A DNA stretch of 48,473 nucleotides from Terriglobales bacterium (GTDB taxonomy: Bacteria; Acidobacteriota; Terriglobia; Terriglobales; SCQP01): contig DATNAC010000092.1 in the NCBI GenBank assembly GCA_035573035.1, positions 1 to 48,473 on the forward strand, read 5' to 3'. This document shows, piece by piece, positions 27,559 through 37,900 of the stretch. How positions within the stretch are numbered: the stretch's first letter is position 1; every line of letters starts with the position of its first letter. The position numbers and the translations under genes were made by a program. The notes under the pieces are model-generated. The model was not told the DNA's origin, did not search any database, and saw nothing but the letters and a program-made list of their open reading frames with translations.

Positions 27559-27628
27559 AACATGGTAACAGGAAGGCACAATACCTTGCGCTCACTCCAT
27601 TTCTGGGATACTTTCAGCCCATACGTCC

Positions 27629-29575
27629 ATGTCGCGCAGGCAGATACTGAAGATCGGCGCCGGATTGAGCGTGGCGCTGTGCCTGGCGGCAGCCGGCGTG
27701 GCTTGGCGAGCACAGCAGGCGCTCCAACGGGCCGCAGTGCAACTGACGGCGGAAGGACAGCTGGGAGTCGAGGCGCGGTCCCTAACCCCGCTGCCTAATC
27801 CCGGATTCCAGAGCATCAGCGCGCCGGCGGTTTTTGCCAGCGCCGCCTACTTTGACGGCCGCTTCTACCTGATGGGGCCGGCCGGAGTCTTTGCTTGGAC
27901 GTCCGAAGGCGCTCTGGAACATGTGTATCGGCCGGGGCAGGATTTTCCCGCCAGCGCGGCGGGAGCGGCGACGGTGGGGACGCTGGCCGACGCCCGGCAG
28001 CCGGAATTGTTGTTCGGCACCGACCGGGAGGGCGTCATCGCCTTCGACGGCAAAAGCTTCCGCCAGATTCGACCCGCCGATTCGGCGGCGCGGCAGGTTA
28101 CGGCGCTGCTGGCGCTTCGAACCGGGCAGCTGCTGTGGGGTACCGCCAAACGCGGACTGCTGATCTATGACGGCCGCACGCTGCGTCCCTTCCACCCGAC
28201 GACCAGTTCCGTCTACGTCACCGCGCTGGCGGGCACCGACGGCGATTTGTGGGTGGGCACGCTGAATCACGGCCTACTGCACTGGCACGGCGGCGAGACG
28301 GAGGCGATCGGCGTGGCGCAGGGATTGCCCGACGCGCGCATCGAGGCGATCGCGATCGCCGGCGGCAGGGTGTATGCGGCCACGCCAGTGGGCGTCGCCG
28401 AGATGCGGCAGGGCCGGGTTAGCCGTATTCTGGCACCCGGGCGATTTGCCCGCGCCGTCCAAGTAGAGGCCGGCCATTTGCTGGTGGGGCAAGTTGAGGA
28501 GGGCGTGTTCGAAGCCCCCCTGGCCGGGCCCGGGCCCAGTGCGGATGCCCGGCGGCCCATCGCGGCACAGGCCGAGGCAGGCGTGGATCAGCCGTCCGGT
28601 ACCACCGCGGAGCAGTTCCTTTCCGCGGGTGGGCACACCTACGCCGTCGCCGAGGGGGGCCTGTTGGAGCGGGGGGCGGATGGAACATGGAACCCGGTGC
28701 TGAAGGCCGGGGGGGCGCTGCTGGGGGCGCGGCACATCTCGGCGCTGCTGCCAGCAAGCGACGGACGGCTCTGGGTAGGTTACTTCGACCGCGGCCTGGA
28801 CATTCTGCCGCCGGGCGGAGGCATGGCACACCACATCGAAGACGACCACGTTTTCTGCATCAATCGCATCGTGGAAAATCCCCGGCAGGGAGACGTCGTG
28901 GTGGCAACCGCCAACGGACTGGTGCTGTTCGACCGCGACGGACGGCAGCGGCAGGTGCTGGAGCGCGCGGCCGGATTGATCGCCGACCACGTCACCGACG
29001 TCGCCCTGTACCGGGGCGGGCTGGCGGCGGCAACCCCGGCGGGAATTACGTTTCTCGGGCCGAGCGGCACCGCCAGCGTGTATACCTTTCAAGGGCTGAT
29101 CAACGATCACGTGTACGCGCTGGGCGTACAGGGCGAGCAGATGCTGGCTGGAACGCTGGGCGGACTTTCTCTGCTCCAGGGCGAGAGCATCCGGCGCAAC
29201 ATCACCATGACCGACTCGGGCTTGCGGGACAATTGGATCACCAGCATGGTGCGGGCCGGCGACAGTTGGCTGATCGGCACGTACGGCAGCGGGGTCATGC
29301 GGATGGAAGCCGATGGGACCATTGCCGCCACCGAGGCCACCCGCGCCGGCACGATCATAAATTTCACGGCCATGCTCGCCGACGGAAAACTGGTACTCGC
29401 GGGCACGCTGGACCAGGGCTTGCTGGTGGGCGATGCGAGCGGGCAACACTGGAGGACGGTCACGGCGGGATTGCCCTCGCTCAACGTGACGGCGTTGGCG
29501 GCCGCCAATGGAACCATCTATGTCGGCACCGAGAGCGGCTTGGTGAAGATCGAGGAAAGCCGCCTTGAAGAGTAA
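27629..29575 (+). CDS. Exported or anchored beta-propeller protein with Reg_prop (two-component regulator propeller) repeats and Tat-like N-terminus
   Basis: The N-terminus MSRRQILKIGAGLSVALCLAAAGVA matches the S-R-R-x-F-L-K Tat consensus. Recurrent repeats: LLWGTAKRGLLIYDG, DLWVGTLNHGLLHWHG, RLWVGYFDRGLDIL, SWLIGTYGSGVMRM, LVLAGTLDQGLLVG and TIYVGTESGLVKI. Confidence 0.8.
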   Translation: MSRRQILKIGAGLSVALCLAAAGVAWRAQQALQRAAVQLTAEGQLGVEARSLTPLPNPGFQSISAPAVFASAAYFDGRFYLMGPAGVFAWTSEGALEHVYRPGQDFPASAAGAATVGTLADARQPELLFGTDREGVIAFDGKSFRQIRPADSAARQVTALLALRTGQLLWGTAKRGLLIYDGRTLRPFHPTTSSVYVTALAGTDGDLWVGTLNHGLLHWHGGETEAIGVAQGLPDARIEAIAIAGGRVYAATPVGVAEMRQGRVSRILAPGRFARAVQVEAGHLLVGQVEEGVFEAPLAGPGPSADARRPIAAQAEAGVDQPSGTTAEQFLSAGGHTYAVAEGGLLERGADGTWNPVLKAGGALLGARHISALLPASDGRLWVGYFDRGLDILPPGGGMAHHIEDDHVFCINRIVENPRQGDVVVATANGLVLFDRDGRQRQVLERAAGLIADHVTDVALYRGGLAAATPAGITFLGPSGTASVYTFQGLINDHVYALGVQGEQMLAGTLGGLSLLQGESIRRNITMTDSGLRDNWITSMVRAGDSWLIGTYGSGVMRMEADGTIAATEATRAGTIINFTAMLADGKLVLAGTLDQGLLVGDASGQHWRTVTAGLPSLNVTALAAANGTIYVGTESGLVKIEESRLEE

Positions 29576-31979
29576 GATCAGGCGCCGAACGTATCGGCTG
29601 TTGGCAGGTCTCCTGTCGCTCGGAATCGCGGCTTGGGGCGATACGGGAGTATTGATCCCGATGAACCGGAGATCACCCGATCCGGCCATCCTCTCCCTGC
29701 GCGAGATGAACGTGGATGTCCACGTCGACAACGGGGATGCGCGGGTGCGCATGCGCCAGATCTTCGCCAACCACACCGGCAGTCCCGAGGAGGGAAATTA
29801 TCAATTTGCACTGCCCACGGGCGCGCAGGTGTCCGATTTCGCGGTATGGGATGGGCCGGTGCGGATTCCGGCGGTAGTGCTGGCGCGCAAGAGAGCGAGC
29901 GAGGTCTACCAGGCGCTGAAAAGCCAGGCGATCGATCCCGGCCTGCTGCAACAAGGAGAACAGTCCGAGGCGGAGGCGCGGCGGAGCGGCATTTTCAGCG
30001 CCGACATCGCTCCGGTCCCGGCCTGGGGCACCAAACGGCTCGAAATCGAGTATCACCAGCCGGTGCCGGTGAGCGCGCGCAAGAGCTATTTCGTCCTGCC
30101 CTTAAAACCCAGCGCCTACGGCGTGCAGCACGTCGAACACTTGACCATTCATTTCGACCTGGACACGGCGGCGAGAGTGCAGGACTTCACCTACCAGGGG
30201 AAGGTGCTGCCGTTCCATATCGACACCCAGGACGCGCACGGGTTGCGCGGCACGGTGGACGTGCAGGACGTCAATCTAACCGAAGATTTTGCCGTGACCT
30301 GGAGTGTCGGTGAGCCGGACAACGCCCTGGAGATTGTGACCTACCGGAATCCGCATCCGGTGGTTCCGCCGGGAATCGAGGCGGCTCCGGCGACACCGCA
30401 AGAGGAAGAAGCACCGGGCTATGTGGAGGGTACGGCACAGTTTGGCGGCGCCGGCGCCTTGGCGGGCGGAACCGCCAGCCCGCGCACGGTAGTCATCCTG
30501 ATGGATACCTCGTTCTCCATGCAGTGGGACAAGCTGGAGCACAGTTATGCGGCGGCGGCCAAGATACTTGCGAGCTTGCGGCCCGGGGACCGCTTCAACC
30601 TGCTGCTGTTCAATACGGGAGTTGCCGCATTTCGGCCGGCGCCAGTGCCCGCGGATGCGTCCGCCACGATGGCCGCGATGAACTGGCTGCGCGCACAGCC
30701 GCTCGGGGGCGGCACCGACCTGCAGCAAGGGCTCGCGGCAGGGCTGCAACAGGCGTTGCGGCCGGGAACGGCGCTAGTGCTGCTGTCCGACGGGGGCGCC
30801 GATCGCGGCTTGGTCCAGAATGGCCACCTGGCGGCTTGGTACACGGCGAAGTGGAAGGCGCTGCCGGCGGGCCAGCGGCCGAAGACCGACATTTTTGCGG
30901 TCGGCGACGACGCGAACCTCCCGCTACTCCGCATGCTGGCCGGCAACGGCGGCGCCATGGAGCAGGTGCTTTCGAGCGAGCCGGTGGAGTATAAGCTCGC
31001 GGCCTTTCTCAACGAAATGGGACACGACGCCGTGCGGGATTTGGGTTTCGAGGCCTCGCCCGCCGGAGCGATTCACCTGGTCTACCCCCTGCAGGACTCG
31101 GTCTTCCCCGGTGGACAGGCGCGATGGGTGGGACAGTACGCGCGGCCGCAAAAGAGCGTGACCTTTCACGCGGGGGGACGCGAGGGGACGGAGACCATGG
31201 GCGCGAGCGCCAGCGCCGAGCTGCCCGAGCAGGCGCTCGAGCATGATCAACTGCCGCGTCTTTGGGCCGGGGCCCGAGTGCGGGCGCTGCTGGATCAGAT
31301 CGAGCGCAACGGTGAAACCGCTGCCGCCGTGAACGAGATCATCCGGCTGGCAAAGCAGTACAAGTTCGTGACGCCGTACTCTTCGTTTCTTGCGGCGCCG
31401 CGGGCGCTGCTGCGGCCGCGGGTCATTCAGCCGGGCGACCCGCTGCTGCGGGTGCACACCGATCCGGCGATCGTTTCGGTAATCGCCCTCTTTCCCTTCG
31501 GGCCCGAGAAGCCGCTGCGGTATCTACCGGCGGGCGACGACTCGGCCATCGCCACCGGGGACGCGCACACACGGGTGTGGGAAACGCGGTTTCTGGCGCC
31601 TCCGAACCTAAGAGATGGAGCCTACACCGTCCGGCTGATTCTGCGAGATCGCGATGGGCGGGTCTACCGGGAGTCCAAGAGCTTCGTTATCGACTCGACG
31701 CCGCCGGTGGTGCGATTGCGGCTGCCGCGGACGCGGTTCCGCGCCGGCGAGATCGTGCCGCTGCGCGTGAGCGCCTCGGCGTGGACCCGGACCATCACGG
31801 CCGAGATTGCCGGGTTGGCGCCCGTGGACCTGCGGTGGAATGACGACGCTCACGCGAGCACCGGGCAGCTTTTGATTCCGGCAGGTCTGCCGCCGGGCGA
31901 GTACGCGATCCAGGTCACCGCGGAGGATGCGGCGCATAACGTCGGGCGCGCGGAGGTGAAAATTGCCGTGGTGCCGTAA
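29565..31979 (+). CDS. Secreted VIT-domain plus von Willebrand factor A (vWA) protein with C-terminal Ig-like region
   Basis: TTG start at 29565 (GAGGA 8 nt upstream) overlaps the upstream gene by 11 nt. Signal peptide KSKIRRRTYRLLAGLLSLGIAAWG. VIT-like LREMNVDVHVDNGDARVRMRQIFANHTG...YQFALPTGAQVSDFAVW. vWA domain with MIDAS VVILMDTSFSM and later VLLSDGGA. The C-terminal beta-rich part includes YTVRLILRDRDGRVY and YAIQVTAEDAAHNVG. Confidence 0.85.
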   Translation: MKSKIRRRTYRLLAGLLSLGIAAWGDTGVLIPMNRRSPDPAILSLREMNVDVHVDNGDARVRMRQIFANHTGSPEEGNYQFALPTGAQVSDFAVWDGPVRIPAVVLARKRASEVYQALKSQAIDPGLLQQGEQSEAEARRSGIFSADIAPVPAWGTKRLEIEYHQPVPVSARKSYFVLPLKPSAYGVQHVEHLTIHFDLDTAARVQDFTYQGKVLPFHIDTQDAHGLRGTVDVQDVNLTEDFAVTWSVGEPDNALEIVTYRNPHPVVPPGIEAAPATPQEEEAPGYVEGTAQFGGAGALAGGTASPRTVVILMDTSFSMQWDKLEHSYAAAAKILASLRPGDRFNLLLFNTGVAAFRPAPVPADASATMAAMNWLRAQPLGGGTDLQQGLAAGLQQALRPGTALVLLSDGGADRGLVQNGHLAAWYTAKWKALPAGQRPKTDIFAVGDDANLPLLRMLAGNGGAMEQVLSSEPVEYKLAAFLNEMGHDAVRDLGFEASPAGAIHLVYPLQDSVFPGGQARWVGQYARPQKSVTFHAGGREGTETMGASASAELPEQALEHDQLPRLWAGARVRALLDQIERNGETAAAVNEIIRLAKQYKFVTPYSSFLAAPRALLRPRVIQPGDPLLRVHTDPAIVSVIALFPFGPEKPLRYLPAGDDSAIATGDAHTRVWETRFLAPPNLRDGAYTVRLILRDRDGRVYRESKSFVIDSTPPVVRLRLPRTRFRAGEIVPLRVSASAWTRTITAEIAGLAPVDLRWNDDAHASTGQLLIPAGLPPGEYAIQVTAEDAAHNVGRAEVKIAVVP

Positions 31980-31983
31980 GCGG

Positions 31984-34900
31984 ATGCTGGGACGCGTGGG
32001 CCTGCTGCTGGGCTGCGCGCTGGCCGCGGCCAGCCTGCTGGCCCAAACAAACCTCTCCGCCTGGCTCGGCAACGCGGTCGCCGGGTCCGCGATCGAGGCG
32101 GCGCTTTACCGAGCCATGCCGCTGCCGGGGGGCATCTTTCTTTTTCGCCGGCCGCCGGGGGAGGCGCAGGCCGCGCTGACGCACATGGCGGGGGCCGCCG
32201 CCAGCGACCCGGCACTGTGGCAACTGCGCGCGCTGGAGGACGAGCACGCTCTCGACTTTGACGCCGCCGAGCGCGACTGGAAGACCTGGACGGAGAAGGC
32301 GCCGGACCCGGGCGCCGCGGAGCTCGACCTGGCCGGCTTCTATGCCCGCCGCCTGCGCCCGCAGCCAGAACTAGAGGCTCTGGCCGCCGTGGGCCGCTCC
32401 CCGGCCCGGGCGGCGGAACGCTGGACCGCGCCGGAACGACAGCGCGCTTGGCAGGCATGGTCGCAGTCGCTCGAGGTCGTGCGCCAATTCCATTTGCCAC
32501 GCTCCGCCGCGGCTTCGGTATACCAAGCGTGGGAGCAGCGCTATCCCCAGGCACCGGGCGTCTATGCGCAAGAGTTCGCCTACCGGCTGGCGGGGGGCGA
32601 GGACCGCGCCGGCGAGGACGTGCTGGCCCGCTACCGCCGCGCGTTTCCCCGGGACGCGGCTACCGCGCTGCGGTGGCAGGCTCAACTGGCGGCGCGCCGG
32701 GGATCGCCGCGGGATGGATTGGCGCTATACGACCGGAATTTTCAGCCGCTATGGCCGCAACCACTGATCACGGCCTGGTTCCAACTGCTCACCCAGGCGG
32801 GAGAGGTGCGCCGCACCGGCGATGAACTGCGGGCAAAACTCGCGACGGATCCCCGGGATTTGTTGGACACAGCGCGGCTGTTTTGGATCGAACAGCAGCA
32901 GGGACAGACCGAGGCGGCACGTGCCGTGCTGGTGAACTATCGCACCCGACGCGAGGCCGCGGGAGGCGCCTGGAGCGGCACCGAACTCGACACCCTGGCC
33001 CAACTCGCGGACCGGGCAGGAGACATCCCCGAGGCCGCGCGTTACTACTATGCGCTGGCCACGCCGCCGGCGGGAACGCCGGACCCGGCGGAGCCGGACG
33101 CGGAAGAGAAGGGGTTGGCCGGTTTGGCGCGCCTACTGCTGAGCGCGCCGGATCAGCCACTGCGCGCCGGCGCCGCAAACCTCTCGATGTACCGCGATAT
33201 CGCCACTCTGGATCGCGGTCCGGGATACCTGAACGGCATTCTTTCGCTGCTGTTGAATTCCGACTCTCCGCGGCGGGAATTGGCGCAGGAGGAGCGGCTG
33301 GCAACGCCGTATTACCATCGCGCCAAAGCCGCCGAATTGATTGCTCGAGTCGACCAACGCTATCCCCAGGCGAAGGATCGCCCGGAACTACATGCCAGCC
33401 TGATTGTGGCGTACCAGGACTACGGCGACGACGCGGACGTGGTGCGCGAGGCCAAGGCATTCCTGGCGAACTATCCGGAAGCGCCGCAGCGCGTCGAGGT
33501 GGCGCTCGAGGCCGCCAACGCCGATGCGCGGATGGGGCAGACCGACCAGGAGTTTGGACTATATCGGGACCTGCTCCAGGAGTTGGCGGCGCGGGCTGGA
33601 GGCATGCCGCTGAGCGGCGGCGGCGCGGCGGGCGCTCAGTTCCCCGATAGCGAGGCGGCACCGGGGCCGCCACTGTACGCGCAAGTGCTCGACCAGTACC
33701 TATCCCGGCTGGTGGCCCTGGGACGCATCCCCGACGCGCTCGCGGTACTGCGCGGCGAGTTGGACCGGAACCCACGGGATCCGGGTCTGTATGAACGGCT
33801 GGCGCAGTTCCTGCAACAGAACGCCCTGGATGGCCAGATCGAAGCGGTCTATCAGCGCGCCCTGCAACAGTTCCCGGACGCAACCTGGTATGCGAAGCTG
33901 GCGCGTTTTTATCTGCGCCGGAACCGCCGGGCCGACTATGCCGCCCTGACCCGCAAAGTCACCGGCATCTTTTCGGGTACCGGGTTGGAACAGTACCTGG
34001 AACAAGCGCCCGCTCCGGACCGAAGCCTGGCGCTTGAGGTGAGTCTCTACGCGAACCGGCGCTTCCCGCACGATCTGCGTTTCGTCGAGGACCTCATCGC
34101 CGACTACACCGGCGAACACCGGGATGACGCCGCCATGCAATTGCTCTGGGCGCACTGGAGCGAATCCCCGGACCTGCGCCGGCAGTTGTTCGAGAAACTG
34201 AGCTCCCGCGGGCGCTTGGATCCGGTCCTGGCCACCTTGCGCCAACAGTCTCCCCAGATCGGCAGGGGCGAGTGGAAGGCGCTGGCGCAGGCGAATCCGG
34301 CGGCGGAGCGGTTCTGGGTGGAAGCGTGCCTGTGGCAGAGCCATTACGAACAGGCCGTGGATGCCGCAGGCGCGCTCTCCAGCGCCTTTCCGGCCGAGAC
34401 GGAGATCGGCGACGATGCGGCGGCGTTGTACCGTTCCTTCGCCTACTACCAGGGGGAGGACACCGCCAAAGCGGTCGGCGTCGAGAACCGGTTGCTAAGC
34501 GTGCATCCAGGCGACGTGCAAACGCTGGCGCATATCGGCGACATCTATGCGGATCGCGGAGGGATGAGCGAGGCCGCCCCGTACTGGCGGCGCATGGGGG
34601 AGGTTCACCCGGGCGACTCCGACGGTTATCTGCAATCCGCCACCGTGTACTGGGACTACTTTGAGTTCCCTCAGGCCCTCGGGGAGATCGAGCGTGCGCG
34701 GCAGGCGCTGCGGCAGCCCACGCTGTACGGCTACGAAGCCGGCGCGATCGACGAGAGCAGCGGCGACACCGCGGCGGCAATCCACGAGTACGCGGCTAGC
34801 GCGCTGCGGGATGGAGAAACCTCGCCCAGCCGCGGGCGGCTCCTGACGCTGGCCAAGCGCGCCCCGCTGCAGCCCCTGATCGAGGCCGCGACCTCGCGAT

Positions 34901-37900
34901 GGCTGCAGGGCGCCGCGCCCACGCCGGTGGAGATCTCGCTCCGGGCCGGCATCCTGGACGCCGAGCACCGCCGGGATCAGCTAACGCGGGAACTGGTGGC
35001 GGCGGCCGGCCGCACGGCGTCCTTCGAGTCGCTCGACGCGATTCGAGCGGCCGCGCAAAGGCAGTCGCTGCCGGAGGCGGTTCAGGCATCGCTCGAGCGG
35101 CAGATCGCATTGACCACCGACCCGGTGCGAAGCCTGCAACTGCGTTACCAATTGGTTGATTTTTATGTCAGCCGCCATGATGCCGCCGCGGCGGCGGCAT
35201 CCGTCGACGCGGTCGACCGCGACCACCCGAGGATTCTCGGCGTAGTGCGATTCACGGTGGATTACGACTGGAATCACCGGCGCCGGCCGCGGGCGGTCAC
35301 GGTCCTGTTGGGTGCGGCGCGGACCGCCTACCCGGCGCTGCGGCGCGATTTCCTGCTGGAAGCCGCGGCCAAGCTCACCGACATGGGCGAGTACGCCCGA
35401 TCCCGAAGTCTGCTGGAAGCCCTGTTGGCGGCCAATCCCGAGGCACGGGTGGAAACGGCCCTCGCCGCGAACTACGGCCGTTCCGGCGATGAACGCGGGC
35501 TGATGACGTTTTATCAGCAGCGGTTGCGCGCCGCGGAAAACTCGACTCTGACCGGCGCCGCGAAGCGGGACCGGATCGCGGAGGTGCGGCGCGGCATGAT
35601 TGCGGCGGCGAAGGCGCTGGGGCAACCCGAGGTGGCGCTCGACCAGTACGTCGAGCTGATCAACGCGTACCCCGACGACGACGGGCTGACGCAGGAGGCG
35701 GCGCTGTTCGCGCTGGGCAGCGGCCAAGGCGACCGGCTTTTGGGCGTGTACGCGAAGGCGGAACAGGCGTCGCCGCGGGATCCACACCCGAGCATTGTGC
35801 TGGCGCGGCTGGCCACCACGGCCGAAAATCTTCCCACGGCAATTGACGCCTACGGAAAAGCCATCGCTTTGCGTCCTGAGCGGCAGGACCTGCTGGCCGC
35901 GCGGGCGGGGCTAGAGGAGCGGCTGCAACGTTTCGATGGCGCGGCGACCGACTACCAGAGGCTATACGCGCTCAGCTACCACGATCCACAGTGGATGCAG
36001 AAGCTGGCCGAGGACCGGGCGCGCCAAGGGCGCACCGCCGACGCGGCGCAGGCGCTGCAAACCGCATGGATCGACGGACGTGCGCCGAAGGCGGCGAACG
36101 ATTTTCAAGTGGCCGCGGAACTGGACTCGTGGAACATGGTCGATCTGGCGCGACAGTACGTCCAGCAGGGGGTGCGGCTTGCGGGTTCGGACCTGCTGGT
36201 GGACAGCGCCGACCAGAGCGGAGCGGCGACCTATGGACGCATCCTGGCGCGGCAGCGTCAGGCGGACACGGCGGTCGCCACGCTGCTGGCGGCGCGTTCG
36301 GCGGCGGGAGCGGGCGGGGAGAACACGGCCCCCGCACCGGCAAATGGAAATGCCTCCAACCAACCTTGGCTGGAGCTTCGCCGGCGCGAGCGCGCCGGGG
36401 AGGCCCAAGCGGGTTTTGCGGGAGCGCTGCGCGCGGTCGGCGGTGCCGTCAAGGCCTACTACACGCCGGAAGAAAGCGCGCGGTTCGCGGCGTGGTTGCA
36501 GACCCGCAGCCGCGGCGCCCGCGCGAACGATTTGCGGGAGATTTGGCTGCCCCTGGCGGCTTCGGCCGGCATGGCCGAGAGTGAGGCGAACCTGCGCTGG
36601 CAGCTGGCCGCACTGACTGCGCCGGCGGAGACGCCCGCCCAACTGGATGGGTGGGCCCGCCTAGAGGAACGGCGGGGACAACTCAACGGCGTGGAGGCAA
36701 GATTGGCGGGCCTCGCCGGCAAGGGCGGCAGCCAGGCGTATACCGCGGCGCTGTGGCGGCAGGCCGCCGAGGTCGCCCGGCGCAGTGGCGATACCGGCGC
36801 AGAACTAGGCGCGCTGCAAGCCCTGGACGGGGAGCATATGCTGGGCAACGACCAGGCGCGCTATTTCCAGCTGCTGCTGACGCAGCGGCCGCAGGAACTG
36901 GTGCGGCACGCGGCACAGGATCCCGCGGCGCGATTTCTGGTGATGTACGGCAGCGATACGCAAGCCTTCGCGGCGATTGCGGCGCGTGCCGCGAATCAGC
37001 CGCCGGCATGGTTGCGGGCTTACACCGCGCTGACCGGCCTTTACCGCGATACTCCCACACCCCAGGTGACGCAAGCGTTTGTCGAAGCGCTCGACGCGGG
37101 CGCCGCGATCGGCGACCGCATGGAGCATCCCGTGGACCGGGACCAGCAGCTAGCCGGTTCGGTGTGGTTCTATTACGGATCGCGTTACGGCGAGTACCTT
37201 GACCGGCGAAAGAATCCTCAAGCCGGCCAATATTTGGTATCGGGGCTGGAGGCGGCCCCCGGCAGTCCCGCGGCCTATATCGCACTCGCAGGATACGAGA
37301 CGCAAGCCGGCCGTTATCCGGCTGCGCTCACCGAGTATCGGCACGCATTGGAAATCGCACCGGACCAGCCCGAGGCGCTGAACAGCATGGCTGTGGTCGA
37401 GACGAAGAGTGGGGACACCGCCGCAGCCGTCGCCACCTGGAAGTCGGCGGTTAGCCTGTTGGCGAAGCAAGCGGATGCGCATACGGTGCCGTCCTCATTT
37501 TGGAGCGGCACCATCCAGGTGCTCCGCGACGCGAGCGCCGCGGGCCAGCTGCGCGCGATCAGCCCGCCCATCGATGCGATGCTGCGCCATTACCTGGCCC
37601 GCAACGGGAACTACCGTGCCGAGGCGTTGCTGGAAGCCGGCTACCGCGCCCATGGCGACTCGATGACCTGGGCGCTGCAAACCGTGGCGGGGCTGGATGC
37701 GGAAGCCGCCCTGTTGCGCGGAATGCACAACTCCTTGGGTTCGCTTGGCAACGGGCAGGCAAGTCTGCTGCTAGGCCGGCTGGTGGAGATCGACCGGCGC
37801 ACCGCGCAGCGGAGTGGAGGGCCAGGGTACTCCAACCTGGCGTCCGACCAAGCGGCGTGGGCGGCGGCGCTGCTGGACGAGGGCGAGACCAAAGCGGCGC

